Positions 62,495-64,000 of a stretch of DNA of 64,000 bases are shown here, piece by piece. Below the pieces are notes generated by a model. The model saw only the letters and a program-made list of their open reading frames with translations, was not told the DNA's origin and did not search any database. A program made the translations under genes and the position numbers. Origin of the DNA: Squalus acanthias (Eukaryota); the NCBI GenBank assembly GCA_030390025.1, contig CM059432.1, positions 141,610,001 to 141,674,000 of the forward strand, in the 5' to 3' direction. The stretch's first letter is position 1, and each line of letters opens with the position of its first letter.

Positions 62495-62845
62495 GAACAT
62501 AGGAATAGGAGGAGGCCATTCAGCTCACTCGAGCCAGTTCCGCTGTTCTATTAGATCATGGCTGATCTGTACCTCAATTCCATTTACCTGTCTTTATTCC
62601 ATACACCTTGATACCCTTGCCTAAAAAAACTCTATCGATCTCAGCCTTGAAAATTTCCATTGATCCCCAGCCTTTTGGGGGGGGGGGGGGGGGGGGGGGG
62701 GAGAGAGAGTTCCAGATTTCCACTACCCTTTGTATGAAAAAATGCTTCCTGATTTCATGCCCAAATGGCCAAGATCTAATTTTAAGATTATGGCCTCTTG
62801 TTCTGGACTCCACCACCAGAGGAAATAGTTTCTTCATATTCACCC
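62495..62845 (-). mobile_element. CR1 3' fragment with an internal poly(G) run
   Basis: KLFPLVVESRTRGHNLKIR...WNSL. Confidence 0.8.
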
Positions 62846-63837
62846 AATCATTTTAACCTCATTGTCTTTGATGTAATGTTTTCCTGACTGACCTGTTTGG
62901 ACACCATCCACACCTTTGATTGCCGTGATTATCTCTCTGCTGAGGTGTGATAAAGGGCAGTTAGAAAGATTAACTGTAATCATCGGAAGGCAGGCGTCGT
63001 GAGGATGGGTGACCAATAGATGGAGTGTGGGGGCGGGGCAATTGGAGGCAGGAGGTCATGTGATGACACCTCCAGGAATGCGTCCAACCAGAGTTGGCAA
63101 CCCTACTCCTAGTGGATGGCTTAAGCCAATAAGTAGGCTTTTTTTTTACACGCTCAATGAGGGACAGCAAATAGGCACTTGAAGAAACAGGGGCTAAAAC
63201 GCCTGCTTGTTTATCTTTGTAAGACAAGTCTGTTGGCACGAGTGTACATTGCTGCCCTTAAATTTGAGTAAAAGGAGCTGATAAATAAAGCCATGCACTA
63301 AAAATTAAGTCCCATCCACCCATTAAAAGATTTTTTTGACATTTAATGAGACACCCTTGCTGCAGAAATATTATGAATTAAAGTCCATCGGTGTTGCAGG
63401 AATATGATGAATGATATTAAAGCCCCTTTCAGTTATCAATGGCTAGTTAGTTAAAGCAACCCCTTTAATAGTTGAGAACGCGCTCCCTCCAACCTACACC
63501 ACCTTATCAAGCATCTTCAAAGTCCAGAATCAGGCCAACTGGAAGCCAAGTCAAGTGAAAAGGTTAGTGCAAATCCCATGGCCACTCTTCAACTAGCCCA
63601 ACTGGTGTCACTGGCATTCAGCGGACATCAACAGCCTCTCCTCCAAAACCCTCAATAGTCAGGAACTGGACTCCCAATCCCAGGTGCCTTCTATAACTCT
63701 CCATAAAACCATAGAGCCCCTCCCAGGTTTGGATGCCACGTCAATGAGAAAATCCTAGGGAGCAGGCTTGAATTTCTGGTGACCTTCTAAAGAGATATGT
63801 ATCGTTAAAGGGGGTTACATGTAAAGCTAAAGCAGTT

Positions 63838-64000
63838 AGAGAATCATACAGCACAGAAGGAGGCCATATGGCCCATCGTGCCTGTGCCGGCTCTTTGAAA
63901 GAGCGGTCCAATTAGTCCCACACCCCCCTGCCCTTTCCCCATAGCTCTGCAAATATTTATTTTTTCAAGTATTTATCCAATTTCCTTTTGAAATTTACTA
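63838..64000 (-). mobile_element. CR1 3' end, running off the window
   Basis: Homologous to 42888 and 51115. Confidence 0.8.

Noticed and set aside
62290..62701. Poly(G) runs as functional G-quadruplexes (poly-C/G also at ~7536, ~39680 and ~47445)
   Set aside because: These are simple homopolymer expansions, one inside a CR1, and their lengths are unreliable in assemblies.

Overview
Repeat-dense vertebrate genomic DNA, very likely from a cartilaginous fish (shark): it carries DeuSINE/SacSINE1-like SINEs together with abundant CR1 and L2 LINEs. The only host gene I can support is the 3' part of GASK1A (FAM198A). Three + strand coding exons (11213-11335, 23309-23412, 32955-33156) have canonical AG/GT sites and consistent phases. 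Most of the rest is mobile DNA: CR1, L2 (one copy with a 511-codon RT ORF), a second CR1/L2-group LINE, RTE, Vingi-like and Penelope-like fragments (one with a hammerhead-ribozyme motif), PIF/Harbinger-like MITEs and gene remnants, hAT MITEs and solo-LTR-like elements. A 4.3-kb 23-bp minisatellite with higher-order structure also lies in a GASK1A intron. I found no evidence for a wholly new biological system. The most interesting observations are mechanistic: inverted templated captures at LINE junctions, an inverted LTR pair, a four-level nested insertion, MITE hairpins that keep their structure while differing in sequence, and an intronic hammerhead motif. Most TE boundaries were estimated by eye, and family names come from recalled motifs, not database searches.
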